The notes under the pieces are model-generated. The model worked only from the letters and a program-made list of their open reading frames with translations. It had not been told where the DNA came from and searched no databases. The position numbers and the translations under genes were made by a program. 53,076 nucleotides of DNA from a virus (Duplodnaviria > Caudoviricetes): positions 1 to 53,076 of IMG/VR virus record IMGVR_UViG_3300048065_000485. One strand, written 5' to 3'. Positions 1 through 9,043 of this stretch are shown one piece after another (position 1 is the first letter of the stretch; every line of letters starts with the position of its first letter).

Positions 1-11
1 GTTATATCTTA

Positions 12-830
12 TTGGGTATGTTTTTATTAATACCTATGTCAGCAAATGCAGATGATAACGAAGTATTTTTAGGTAACATAAGTGGTGACAATTTAGAACT
101 AGATATACTACAAGCAGGTACTGATAATACAGTCACAGGTATAACAGAGTCAAGTCAATTTACAGGAGACGACAATACCTTACATATTATGCAAATAGGT
201 ACTGGAAATTTGTTTGAAGGTAATTGGACTAGTGGCGGCCTTAATACTTTAAAAGTATTCCAAGGTGGTGGCGGTAATGATAATTTTGTTAGGTTAACAG
301 GGTTTGGAACAAACAATACTGGACTTGTACTACAAGGTATGCACTCGGACGGAACTATTGACGCAGATGAAACAGGCTCCCACGAAGCATATTGGACAGT
401 AACAGGCGACTACAATGAGTTTTCCAGTTTTCAAACAGACACTAACCGAGGCAATGGAAGTGGAGATAGTCATCACTTAGCACATATAATTGATGGTGAC
501 TACAATGATGTTTGGCATAGGCAAAGAGGCAAAGCAGGACACGACGGTTTTATAGAAATCACAGGCGATTACAACGATGTAATTTTAGACCAAAAAGGCA
601 GTGGTGGTAAAAAATGGGCAGATGTCGTTTTAGATGGCAATGGACATAATATTGATATAAATCAACGTGGTACAAATTATGCATCAGCGGCAGTTGATTT
701 AACATTTGGTACAGGTGCTTACACATTTGATTTATCACAGAATGTCTCATCAGCAACAGCAACATACTCACTTACCGGTATATGTAATAACTCAGGAGGC
801 TGTTCAGTTACAGTGAATCAGAATAACTAA
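12..830 (+). CDS. Secreted curlin-repeat (CsgA/CsgB-like) beta-solenoid protein; true start may lie upstream of the window edge
   Basis: Signal-peptide-like N-terminus (..SANA-DD) and about 23-aa periodic Q-x-G-x-x-N/H repeats (LQAGTDN, MQIGTGN, FQGGGGNDN, RQRGKAGH, DQKGSGG, NQRGTN); G/N/D/T-rich. Confidence 0.75.
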   Translation: MGMFLLIPMSANADDNEVFLGNISGDNLELDILQAGTDNTVTGITESSQFTGDDNTLHIMQIGTGNLFEGNWTSGGLNTLKVFQGGGGNDNFVRLTGFGTNNTGLVLQGMHSDGTIDADETGSHEAYWTVTGDYNEFSSFQTDTNRGNGSGDSHHLAHIIDGDYNDVWHRQRGKAGHDGFIEITGDYNDVILDQKGSGGKKWADVVLDGNGHNIDINQRGTNYASAAVDLTFGTGAYTFDLSQNVSSATATYSLTGICNNSGGCSVTVNQNN

Positions 831-1144
831 TGCAAAGTTTAGACAGTTTAGGAAATCCAATACCCATTGAAGTAGACTATTTTGAATGCCCTGAAACTAT
901 GGTGTGTCTTACTGAAGAGACATTTAATGAAATGCTGGAACCATACGATATGGAATACAGCACAGAAACACTTGCACTTGAACCCAAAGGCGATGCAGAA
1001 GCAGTATTAGACTTCACAACTACATTATTATTTTTAGATTTTTGGACTATTGCCTATCTGGCAATACCTCTCACTATATTTGCAGTATATGGATTAAGTA
1101 TATATGCAGGCTTTAAATGGATTCAAACTAAAATAAGCAAATAA
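830..1144 (+). CDS. Hypothetical membrane protein
   Basis: ORF coupled to the upstream stop (TAATG); acidic N-terminus with CPETMVC and a C-terminal hydrophobic helix. Confidence 0.7.
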   Translation: MQSLDSLGNPIPIEVDYFECPETMVCLTEETFNEMLEPYDMEYSTETLALEPKGDAEAVLDFTTTLLFLDFWTIAYLAIPLTIFAVYGLSIYAGFKWIQTKISK

Positions 1145-1148
1145 TTAG

Positions 1149-1177
1149 TTGACACGCCGCAGTTTTTTTGCTATAAT
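1149..1177 (+). promoter_or_regulatory. Sigma70-type (early) promoter
   Basis: TTGACA (1149-1154), 17-nt spacer, TATAAT (1172-1177). Confidence 0.85.
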
Positions 1178-1188
1178 ATTTTTGAACT

Positions 1189-1377
1189 ATGAAACATATG
1201 ATCAAATGGCTGAAGATAACAGCCGGTATAAACTTATATCTATCCGTTATAATGACGTTTGTGTTTTTAACACTACTGTTTGCAATAGTATCCGACTATA
1301 ATTTAACTAATGCAGACGAATATGTTAGGTTCTTAATAAAAGAAGAAATGCAAAAAGACCCTAATGGAAATAACTAA
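1189..1377 (+). CDS. Small membrane protein
   Basis: 62-aa ORF with one TM segment, directly after a consensus promoter. Confidence 0.65.
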   Translation: MKHMIKWLKITAGINLYLSVIMTFVFLTLLFAIVSDYNLTNADEYVRFLIKEEMQKDPNGNN

Positions 1378-1666
1378 TTACACAAACAGTCTTAAGATTT
1401 ATTTTCTTGCTTTTGTAAGTGTACACATAATTGCATTCGGTGTGTTCTTCCCATTAATAGCATTTTTAATATTTTGTATATTAATGCCTTTTCTTTGGAT
1501 TACTACAATCTATATGATAATGTATAATTATTGCAGACAAGAAGGTATAGACTGGCCCTATACAGAAGGTAACCCAGTTTTACTAGATGTACATTTAACT
1601 CCATTCTATTACTTAAATGATTACGACCCATTTATAGATTACTTTGATTATGACCCACGTTACTAA
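1364..1666 (+). CDS. Hypothetical membrane protein (paralog of the next gene)
   Basis: Two hydrophobic segments; N-terminus ITNYTNSLKIY..VSVH. Confidence 0.65.
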   Translation: MEITNYTNSLKIYFLAFVSVHIIAFGVFFPLIAFLIFCILMPFLWITTIYMIMYNYCRQEGIDWPYTEGNPVLLDVHLTPFYYLNDYDPFIDYFDYDPRY

Positions 1667-1964
1667 GTACACAAACAGTTTGAGAAACTATGCTATTGCT
1701 GTAGCAAGTGTTCACGCAGTAGCATTAGGTTGGTTATATCCAAATGTACTAATGCTTATAGTTGTTCCACCAATAATATTCTATTTGCTTTTCTTATATT
1801 GCGAATTAATGTATGAAATTGACGAAGGAACTAGATTAAGATTACTAAAAGCAATTCGTGAAGCAGACGACCCAATCACAAAAGATGTACTAACTTGGGA
1901 ACTGATATTACACGAAGAACATACTATATTTGGAAACAATTCAAATGATAGGTTAGGTTTTTAA
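1650..1964 (+). CDS. Hypothetical membrane protein (paralog of the previous gene)
   Basis: N-terminus VTKYTNSLRNY..ASVH; ATG at 1650 preferred over TTG at 1644. Confidence 0.65.
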   Translation: MTHVTKYTNSLRNYAIAVASVHAVALGWLYPNVLMLIVVPPIIFYLLFLYCELMYEIDEGTRLRLLKAIREADDPITKDVLTWELILHEEHTIFGNNSNDRLGF

Positions 1965-1970
1965 TTTAAT

Positions 1971-1978
1971 GATAAATA
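1971..1978 (+). promoter_or_regulatory. T4-late-type promoter box
   Basis: GATAAATA in the intergenic gap upstream of the lipoprotein gene. Confidence 0.65.
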
Positions 1979-2031
1979 TATTATGTTATAATAACAGATT
2001 GTTTTATAACACTTATATATAAGGAGAAAAT

Positions 2032-2355
2032 ATGAACAATTTAAAAAATGCGTTCTTAGGTATATTCTTTGTAATGTTTGCTCAAGGTTGTGCTACAGTT
2101 GGTACCGTAATCGATGGCGGACAAAAACTAGCCACAGATACACTTGATACTGTAACAGGTACAGCAAGTGGTATCGTTGGTTCAGTTGCAAATGATGTCG
2201 GTAGTGTAGTTCAAACTACAGCAGAAGTTGGAGTTGGATTAGTCCAAACTGCGGCTGATACCGGTGCAGGATTAGTACAAGTTGTTGCTGACGAAGTCAA
2301 CAATCAAACTGATGCTTTACAAGAAGAAGAACCAAAAGAAGAGCCAAAAAAGTAA
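2032..2355 (+). CDS. Lipoprotein with G/V/T/A-rich amphipathic repeats (short form)
   Basis: AAGGAG SD; signal peptide ending in a lipobox-like FAQG-C; about 11-aa G/V/T repeats; ends at A_AAA_AAG_TAA. Confidence 0.8.
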   Translation: MNNLKNAFLGIFFVMFAQGCATVGTVIDGGQKLATDTLDTVTGTASGIVGSVANDVGSVVQTTAEVGVGLVQTAADTGAGLVQVVADEVNNQTDALQEEEPKEEPKK

Positions 2356-2567
2356 CTAGCTCATTCTTTAAACCTTTTAAGTTTTTAAAACAGAACGAAA
2401 AACAAAAAGGTATAGACTCACCCTCGAAAGAGAGTGAGCAGGTAACTGAAGAGGATATTAAAGAACTTATATTGCAAAATAAAGTTCTAAAAGAGTTATT
2501 GAAAGATAAACTTTTAGAAGATGCAATTAAAGAATATTGCTCCAAGGTACCTGAAGACTGTGAATAG
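2346..2567 (+). other. Putative -1 programmed frameshift site plus 71-codon extension frame
   Basis: Heptamer A_AAA_AAG at 2346-2352; the -1 frame is open from 2352 to TAG 2565-2567 with no ATG; stem 2359-2369 pairs with 2429-2439. Confidence 0.7.
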
Positions 2568-3072
2568 ATTACTTTTCATCATAACATTAACATTTCCTCT
2601 GTTTTTAACGGCAGAGGAAATTGTTCTTAGTCCATCATACTTACCGGAAGGTAGTGTATTGGACCTTACCTATAATCCCCCACTAGATCCTTATTACTGT
2701 GATAATAATCCTGAACTTTGTAAAGTAATAGAAACTAGTGACATTCCAAAGTTTGATATGACTCCACGTGCTACTAATGGACAATGGATAGCATTTTGGA
2801 CGTTTCAGTTATTAGATGTATATTCAACATCACGAGCATTAAAGTACGATTGTGTAACAGAAATAAATCCGTTGTTTACAGAATCGCCTAGTGATGCTAG
2901 ATTGGTACTTACAAAAACACTTTTACTGGTACCTGGCTTAATGTACAACGATTACTGGAAAGAAGTCACACCTAACGAACTTAATGACACTAATATGGTG
3001 TACTCAATAGTTGTTGCAAATAACTTTAGATTACTTAACAAAGCCAAGCAGTATTGCAATAAAATACGATAA
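2560..3072 (+). CDS. Secreted or membrane hypothetical protein
   Basis: GTG at 2560 gives a clean signal peptide (MNRLLFIITLTFPLFLTA-EE) and overlaps the stop of the frameshift extension; C-terminal D-x-x-ST...E-x-NP pattern; the track start at 2521 is likely too long. Confidence 0.65.
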   Translation: MNRLLFIITLTFPLFLTAEEIVLSPSYLPEGSVLDLTYNPPLDPYYCDNNPELCKVIETSDIPKFDMTPRATNGQWIAFWTFQLLDVYSTSRALKYDCVTEINPLFTESPSDARLVLTKTLLLVPGLMYNDYWKEVTPNELNDTNMVYSIVVANNFRLLNKAKQYCNKIR

Positions 3073-3075
3073 ATA
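3068..3075 (+). promoter_or_regulatory. T4-late-type promoter box, 5 nt before ATG
   Basis: GATAAATA-TTGAT-ATG. Confidence 0.7.
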
Positions 3076-3080
3076 TTGAT

Positions 3081-5150
3081 ATGAAATGGTTATACAGCGG
3101 GTACGCAGTAGCAGTATCTATAGCATTGTTACTCGCATTAAGGGTATTCGATCCTACGCCTTTACAAAGCCTACGTGGTCAAGTATTTGACAGTTACCAA
3201 CAATTAGATGAAGTAGTACAAAGTGATGACGTTGTATTAATAAACATTGGCGAAAAAAGTTTAGCAAAATACGGACAGTATCCTTTCCCTAGACAATACT
3301 ATGCTCAAATGGTAGTAGACGTTGCTATGAAAAATGGCGGTGTTATGGGTTGGACAATAATGTTTCCAGAAGCAGATAGGTTTCAGGGAGATGAAAGTTT
3401 TGCAGGTATGATGAATCAGAACGTTATGAATGTTCCTGGTGCAAGAAAGAATCCTGTAAACTATAATGTATTAAGCCAAACACCAAGTGTAAAGGGTATA
3501 AAGTCAACAGGACCACATATAGGCACAGGCACAATAGGGCCTGTTCCAGCAAAAGATTATTTGCTTACTTGGCCCAACTTAGTTACTAATGTAGACAAGT
3601 TAGAATCAGCAAGTAATGGTAAAGGAGTAAATGCTTCAGCACCACAACCAGATAATCAAACAAGAACATATCCATTAGCAATTACAGTAGGTGATAAAAT
3701 ATATCCTAGTTTTGCTGTAGAAATGTTAAGGGTAAAAACAGGCAAACCTAGTTACATAATTAAAACATCAGAAATAGGAATACAGGAAGTTGCTGTTCCC
3801 CCATTTGACCCGATAGTAACGCAACCAAACGGAACAGCATATATAAGATTTAATAATGAATTTACTGAAATTGAATATGAGGGTGCAGAAAGCATTCCAG
3901 ACTTAGCAGGTAAATTTGTTATAGTAGGTGTTACAGCAGAAGGTATTGCTAACCCTGTGCCTACACCTAAAGGAAACTTATATCCTCAACAGATACAAGC
4001 ACACATGCTACAGAACTTTATAGATGGTAGTAATATAACAAGGAGTCAGTTAAGTGCTGTCATAGAGCTTCTAGTAGGGTTACTGACTATGGTTCTTGTT
4101 GCTTTAGCAGTATATAGATTACCATTGCTTTTAACAGCACCTATGGCTTTAGCAGTATTAGGTGGTATAGCATACTTTAGTGTTTACAAATATACTAGTA
4201 GTTTGGTATTATTAGATGCAACTTTCCCTGTATTAAGTGGATTTTTAGTATTTACACAGGCGGCATTTAATAACTTTTACAAGCAGTTTAAATTACGTGA
4301 ACAAATTAAGAAACAATTCGAACATTACCTTGCTCCAGCAATGGTTAAAAAATTACAGAAAGATCCAAGTTTATTACGTTTAGGTGGAGATACAAAAACA
4401 ATGACATATCTATTTTCAGATATTAGAGGTTTCACACCGATATCAGAACAGTTTAAAACAGATCCACAAGGTTTAGGTAAACTTATAAACAGATATATGA
4501 CACCAATGACTGACCTCGTTATGCAGAAAGAGGGAACAATAGACAAATACATAGGTGATGCCTTAATGGCAATTTGGGGAGCACCACTTGATATAGAAAA
4601 TCATGCTCAGTTGGCAATAGAAACAGCACAAGAAATGGAAGTAGAATTAGCAAAATTAAACAAAGAACTAAAAGCAGACGGACTTATGGAGTTAGGTGTT
4701 GGTATAGGCATAAACACAGGTGATGCAGTAGTAGGTAACATGGGCTCAGATCAACGATTCGATTATACAGTATTAGGCGATAGTGTAAATTTAGCGGCAC
4801 GTTTAGAAGCACAAACAAAAGAGTATGGTGTATTCTTTATGTTTACTGAACACACTCTTAAGGAAATTACAGCACCTGAAAATTTAGTGATGTTAGATAA
4901 AATTGCTGTAAAAGGACAAACAGCACCAGTTACAATTTATACTATTTTAAAAGATCATAAAGAAGCAAGAGTTATTAACAGAATGGTAGATGCATATCAA
5001 AACAGAGAATGGAGTACAGTTGCACATCAAATAGAAATTATTAATCAGCATAACTGGAATTCTGTATTAGCAGAATTATATGGTCAAAGAATTAAACAGC
5101 CTATGCCTAAAGGCGAATGGGACGGAGTTGAACGTAAAACAACTAAATAG
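3081..5150 (+). CDS. CHASE2-domain class III adenylate cyclase
   Basis: N-terminal TM, CHASE2-like region (GQYPFPR, FVIVG), three TMs, then cyclase motifs FSDIRGFT, IDKYIGDALM, GIGINTG, FDYTVLGDSVNLAARLE. Confidence 0.93.
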   Translation: MKWLYSGYAVAVSIALLLALRVFDPTPLQSLRGQVFDSYQQLDEVVQSDDVVLINIGEKSLAKYGQYPFPRQYYAQMVVDVAMKNGGVMGWTIMFPEADRFQGDESFAGMMNQNVMNVPGARKNPVNYNVLSQTPSVKGIKSTGPHIGTGTIGPVPAKDYLLTWPNLVTNVDKLESASNGKGVNASAPQPDNQTRTYPLAITVGDKIYPSFAVEMLRVKTGKPSYIIKTSEIGIQEVAVPPFDPIVTQPNGTAYIRFNNEFTEIEYEGAESIPDLAGKFVIVGVTAEGIANPVPTPKGNLYPQQIQAHMLQNFIDGSNITRSQLSAVIELLVGLLTMVLVALAVYRLPLLLTAPMALAVLGGIAYFSVYKYTSSLVLLDATFPVLSGFLVFTQAAFNNFYKQFKLREQIKKQFEHYLAPAMVKKLQKDPSLLRLGGDTKTMTYLFSDIRGFTPISEQFKTDPQGLGKLINRYMTPMTDLVMQKEGTIDKYIGDALMAIWGAPLDIENHAQLAIETAQEMEVELAKLNKELKADGLMELGVGIGINTGDAVVGNMGSDQRFDYTVLGDSVNLAARLEAQTKEYGVFFMFTEHTLKEITAPENLVMLDKIAVKGQTAPVTIYTILKDHKEARVINRMVDAYQNREWSTVAHQIEIINQHNWNSVLAELYGQRIKQPMPKGEWDGVERKTTK

Positions 5151-5154
5151 TAGT

Positions 5155-5481
5155 ATGAAAAACTTTTTACACAACATAGTACAGAAAGGCAAATCTGCTT
5201 TAATATGGTTAGGCCAATTGGCTTATAAAATCTATAAAGCAATAGTTAAATTTATTTTTAAACTCCTTTACGAAGAATACGAATTGACAGTTTGGTATCT
5301 TAAAGACTCAGTCAGAGATAAAGACGGTAACATAACAACTACAAGATCACATAAAAGATATCTTTTAAAGAAAATTTCTAAGAAAACTCCTAAACATATC
5401 AAAGGAAAAGATATGGAAGGAAGAGCATTTGAAATTAGAACTGTAGAACCTTTTGATTATCAGATAAGAAAAATTTATTAA
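5155..5481 (+). CDS. Hypothetical basic protein
   Basis: ACTAAATA-GTAGT-ATG at 5155 defines the start; the track start at 5080 overlaps the cyclase. Confidence 0.7.
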   Translation: MKNFLHNIVQKGKSALIWLGQLAYKIYKAIVKFIFKLLYEEYELTVWYLKDSVRDKDGNITTTRSHKRYLLKKISKKTPKHIKGKDMEGRAFEIRTVEPFDYQIRKIY

Positions 5482-6114
5482 TTATTCGTCTGGAGACCAA
5501 TCTTTTAAATTTCTAAAAAACATATAATAGTGTCTAAAATCTTTCAGTTGTTGTTTAGCATGGAATAGTTCTAAAGGCACACCTTCTCCATGATTAACTA
5601 ATGGGAAATAATATCTTTTAATTATTCTTTCTAAATTTCTTACATCTTTACCTAATGCATCTAGTATAATATTGTTGTATTCATAATCAGTTACCAAGTC
5701 TACTAACCAATAATGAAAAGGATGTTCTGGATTAAATCTTCTTATAACTTCTCTAGATTGATAATACATTGCTCTTACAGGATTCATGCCTGGTCTGTAT
5801 AGATTCATTATTTCCTTAAACCTAAAACTTTCATGTTCTGTAGCCTTATGATTAACAAATCTAGCATAATCATTTTTCATTGCTTTTTTTAGGGATTCGA
5901 AATTTTCTCCAATATTCTGGTGATACTCTTTATAGAGTTTATCAAATATTTTTTGGTATTTTGTCGGTAACTTCTCGTAGTATACATCTTGAATTTCTTG
6001 TAATTCAATAGCACCCTCTAATAATGTATGTGGAATAGTTGTAGTTCGTTGGAACTTGTCGAGTTCTGTAGTTATCCGCAAAACAACAAAATCGATAATT
6101 TCGCCTTTGCTCAT
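5482..6114 (-). CDS. Hypothetical protein
   Basis: 210-aa ORF preceded by AATAAATA-TAAGT-ATG. Confidence 0.75.
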   Translation of the reverse strand: MSKGEIIDFVVLRITTELDKFQRTTTIPHTLLEGAIELQEIQDVYYEKLPTKYQKIFDKLYKEYHQNIGENFESLKKAMKNDYARFVNHKATEHESFRFKEIMNLYRPGMNPVRAMYYQSREVIRRFNPEHPFHYWLVDLVTDYEYNNIILDALGKDVRNLERIIKRYYFPLVNHGEGVPLELFHAKQQLKDFRHYYMFFRNLKDWSPDE

Positions 6115-6122
6115 ACTTATAT

Positions 6123-6554
6123 TTATTCAGAATGAATTTTTAATATAGTATGCAGTTTTTCTGTACCTTTGTTATAAGATAATGTAACTTTGGCACCATT
6201 ATGTAGAGGTTTTGGCCACTGCCCAATATTGACCCAGGCATAACCGGCACTTTCACCATTTATTTTTGGGGGCATAAATTCTTCTTCTACTACATATACA
6301 AAACTATAGTAATAAAATTTTTTATCTTTGCTTTGGTAGACATCTAAAGGATTTAATTTTTGCAGTTCTGGAACGAACCCTATCTCTTCTTCAAGTTCTC
6401 GTTGTATACATTCGTAAGGAGTTTCTCCCCTTTCAATTATACCTCCCCAAAATCCCCAGGTATGATTGAATCGTTTGTTGCCTTCTCGTAATTGCAACAT
6501 ACATCTTCCTGTGTCTTTGGCAAGGAATAAAACTCCTGCCGCCGTTGTGTTCAT
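6123..6554 (-). CDS. NUDIX hydrolase
   Basis: Nudix box GGIIERGETPYECIQRELEEEIG. Confidence 0.92.
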   Translation of the reverse strand: MNTTAAGVLFLAKDTGRCMLQLREGNKRFNHTWGFWGGIIERGETPYECIQRELEEEIGFVPELQKLNPLDVYQSKDKKFYYYSFVYVVEEEFMPPKINGESAGYAWVNIGQWPKPLHNGAKVTLSYNKGTEKLHTILKIHSE

Positions 6555-7906
6555 TATAAACTAAGTCTCCAAAATCCTGGATTGTATTCTCCTTCATAAC
6601 TACTTATCCAGGCCTTGCCTGTCCATTTGTATTGTTTGGAAGTAAAAGAGTTATTTAGATAATGAATATCACTACTACTGGCACTAGCATCAAATACTAC
6701 AGTCCATGCAGAACCGTTGTATTGAATTATGTCGTTTGCCCCGGCATCTATGTCCCAATTAGGGTATCCTGATTTTGTAATTTCCTCTGTAATTAAATAT
6801 CTTTGTCCGTTAGAGGCGGCCGCTAGAGTACCGTCTCCAGGGAAGTTTGCTCTAGGATCTATAATTTTATCCACTGCAGAAAGTGTATTGGTAGGCAATG
6901 TATCTGTATCTAAATTAAAAATTAATGAAGCATCATTAGTTGGATTTTTAGTTACAGTACCATATACCAAATTTAATAAATTTTCTGAGTCACCGCTTAT
7001 ATTTAATTTTAATAAACTTGTAGATCTTATTTCTCCAAGTTGTTCTATAATACTAGACCACTTTACTTCAGTGCCATCTTGTTCTACTAATGTAGCAGTA
7101 GAACCTATTACTTGTACTTTGTAATCACCTGGTGTAGTAACAATCTCAAATGATTCTTCTATACTACCAAAGAAGTCTTGATAATCTTGGCTGTAACCTA
7201 ATTCTGAGATATCAGATACTGAATGTACATTGTTTATGATCTCTTGAATAATTGTTTGTCTTTTTACTTTAGCAGGAGGACTAATCCAAATAGGAAGTGC
7301 AAACGTTAAAGTTGAGATATCTAAGTTTTCATCTACACCTGCAGGAATACCTCTACTACTCCAAGCAATATCTGTTAGTTCTACTTCAAATACACTGGTC
7401 CAATCTAAAGGGTTACTATTGGATTGTAATTGTATGCTTGGATTAAACAATACAAATATTTGTTCTAATACTTGTAATTTAGTATCAGTATTAGTTGTCC
7501 AAAGATCTACATTAATTGTTAAATTATATGGTACAGGCATATACCTTTGTGTTGAGTATAAGTTGCCTTGTTCAGAAGAATAAGTTCCTGTTTCTTTATC
7601 AAATTCTCTTTCTGCTATCTGATTTGTATCTACAAAGAAAGGTTCTGCTATTCTATCTCTTGCTGGTTGTATACTTTGTATTGTAACACTTATAAAAGGA
7701 GCACTATTAATTACGTTTTCAGAATTATTACGCAATATATTTGCTACCATTCTACTAGCATCACCGTATCTTGCCGGTACACGATTATAACTTACGCCGT
7801 CTTTTGTAAATTCTCTAACTTTAAAGTTTGAAAAAATTCTAATAACTTGCAGTAAATAACGTTTTATCTGCTCGTCATACCAGTAATCTAAATTCTTACC
7901 TGCCAT
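6554..7906 (-). CDS. gp15: Tail sheath stabilizer/terminator (T4 gp15-like) with C-terminal extension
   Basis: Y.YD.QI.RY N-terminus, VPARYG, MPVPYNL..., EQI..LFNP; follows the neck gene. Confidence 0.75.
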   Translation of the reverse strand: MAGKNLDYWYDEQIKRYLLQVIRIFSNFKVREFTKDGVSYNRVPARYGDASRMVANILRNNSENVINSAPFISVTIQSIQPARDRIAEPFFVDTNQIAEREFDKETGTYSSEQGNLYSTQRYMPVPYNLTINVDLWTTNTDTKLQVLEQIFVLFNPSIQLQSNSNPLDWTSVFEVELTDIAWSSRGIPAGVDENLDISTLTFALPIWISPPAKVKRQTIIQEIINNVHSVSDISELGYSQDYQDFFGSIEESFEIVTTPGDYKVQVIGSTATLVEQDGTEVKWSSIIEQLGEIRSTSLLKLNISGDSENLLNLVYGTVTKNPTNDASLIFNLDTDTLPTNTLSAVDKIIDPRANFPGDGTLAAASNGQRYLITEEITKSGYPNWDIDAGANDIIQYNGSAWTVVFDASASSSDIHYLNNSFTSKQYKWTGKAWISSYEGEYNPGFWRLSL

Positions 7907-8967
7907 TAGTTGTCCGTCCTAGGTTTAATGACTTTACTTAAATTTGTTTTTTCGTTAGCATCAGTGCCATCACTTTCACTAGTTATATTGTCATTATTAA
8001 TAAACGTAGCAAGTATTCTGTTTGCCGCAGACCAAGCCTTTCTTCCGTCTGTGCCAACGTTTAACCAACGTGTTCCAGATTTTTTAAATAATCTATTTGG
8101 TGAGAAGTCTGTTCTTAAGAAATAATCACCATCTGTAGTTCCACTTGTTGGGAATGTTTCTCCACTACCAACTAAACTAAGTCCATTTACAGGTGTTCCA
8201 TCAGCACCACCAAAGTCTATACTTGGCTTATCAGGTACAGTTTCATCAAAATATAAATGTGTAGTATTTCTAAATTGAGGATCGAAAGGTACGTCTTTTT
8301 CTGCCTGTTCTAAAAGTTTATCATTTATATTAATATCATTTGCGTATGTACTAATTAAATTTCTTAAATCTTCTTCCTCTTCGCCAGTACCAAGAATATC
8401 TCTGTATTCTTGTGAGTCTGTAATTGGGCCTAATTTTACTCTCCAAAGATGTGGCCACCAACGTGGGTCATATCCTTCTGCAGGCCTACTAGCATCTGTA
8501 ACTACATAATATCTGTTGATTGCTTCTTCGCTACCTAATAATAAGTCGTCTCTTAAATGTGGTAATTCTAATACATCACCTGCCATTAATTTTCTACCAA
8601 CTGCTTCTACCATGCTTTCTATATGGAAATTCATAAACAAAGTATCGTTTGCTAAAAACATACCAAATTGTGTTAAGTCAAATGCATCGTTATCGCCAAT
8701 GTTGTATTGTCCACGTAATTCGTAAATGTCTTTATCGTACTTTCTATCTCTATTTTCTAAAAATAACAAATCTTGTATAAAAACTTCTGAATCATTTGCC
8801 GCACTACTAGGTCTTGTAGGGTCTCCTTCATCTGGAGTTGTATGTACACCTAAGTATTTGTGTATATGTACACCGGTACCACCGGCATAAAGGTGCTCTC
8901 CGACAATTCTGTCAGTGAAGTTGTAGTCATTTGTTTTGACTGGGTTCCATAAACTTAATTTAGGCAT
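7906..8967 (-). CDS. gp14: Neck/head closure protein (T4 gp14-like)
   Basis: LTQFGMFL..D.LF..FH and GDVLELPH motifs; adjacent to the gp15-like gene; late box 5 nt upstream. Confidence 0.7.
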   Translation of the reverse strand: MPKLSLWNPVKTNDYNFTDRIVGEHLYAGGTGVHIHKYLGVHTTPDEGDPTRPSSAANDSEVFIQDLLFLENRDRKYDKDIYELRGQYNIGDNDAFDLTQFGMFLANDTLFMNFHIESMVEAVGRKLMAGDVLELPHLRDDLLLGSEEAINRYYVVTDASRPAEGYDPRWWPHLWRVKLGPITDSQEYRDILGTGEEEEDLRNLISTYANDININDKLLEQAEKDVPFDPQFRNTTHLYFDETVPDKPSIDFGGADGTPVNGLSLVGSGETFPTSGTTDGDYFLRTDFSPNRLFKKSGTRWLNVGTDGRKAWSAANRILATFINNDNITSESDGTDANEKTNLSKVIKPRTDN

Positions 8968-8972
8968 ACTAC

Positions 8973-9035
8973 TATTTATCGCCTTTACAAATCCTATCGT
9001 AATACAATTAACTACATATTTAATTGCGATAAATA
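8973..9035. promoter_or_regulatory. Back-to-back divergent late promoter boxes
   Basis: GATAAATA on the minus strand at 8973-8980 (neck operon) and on the plus strand at 9028-9035 (tRNA operon). Confidence 0.7.
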
Positions 9036-9043
9036 TCTAAAAC

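Noticed and set aside
2297-2545. Minus-strand 82-aa ORF in the track
   Set aside because: It is the antisense shadow of the plus-strand -1 frame extension; no promoter or SD supports it
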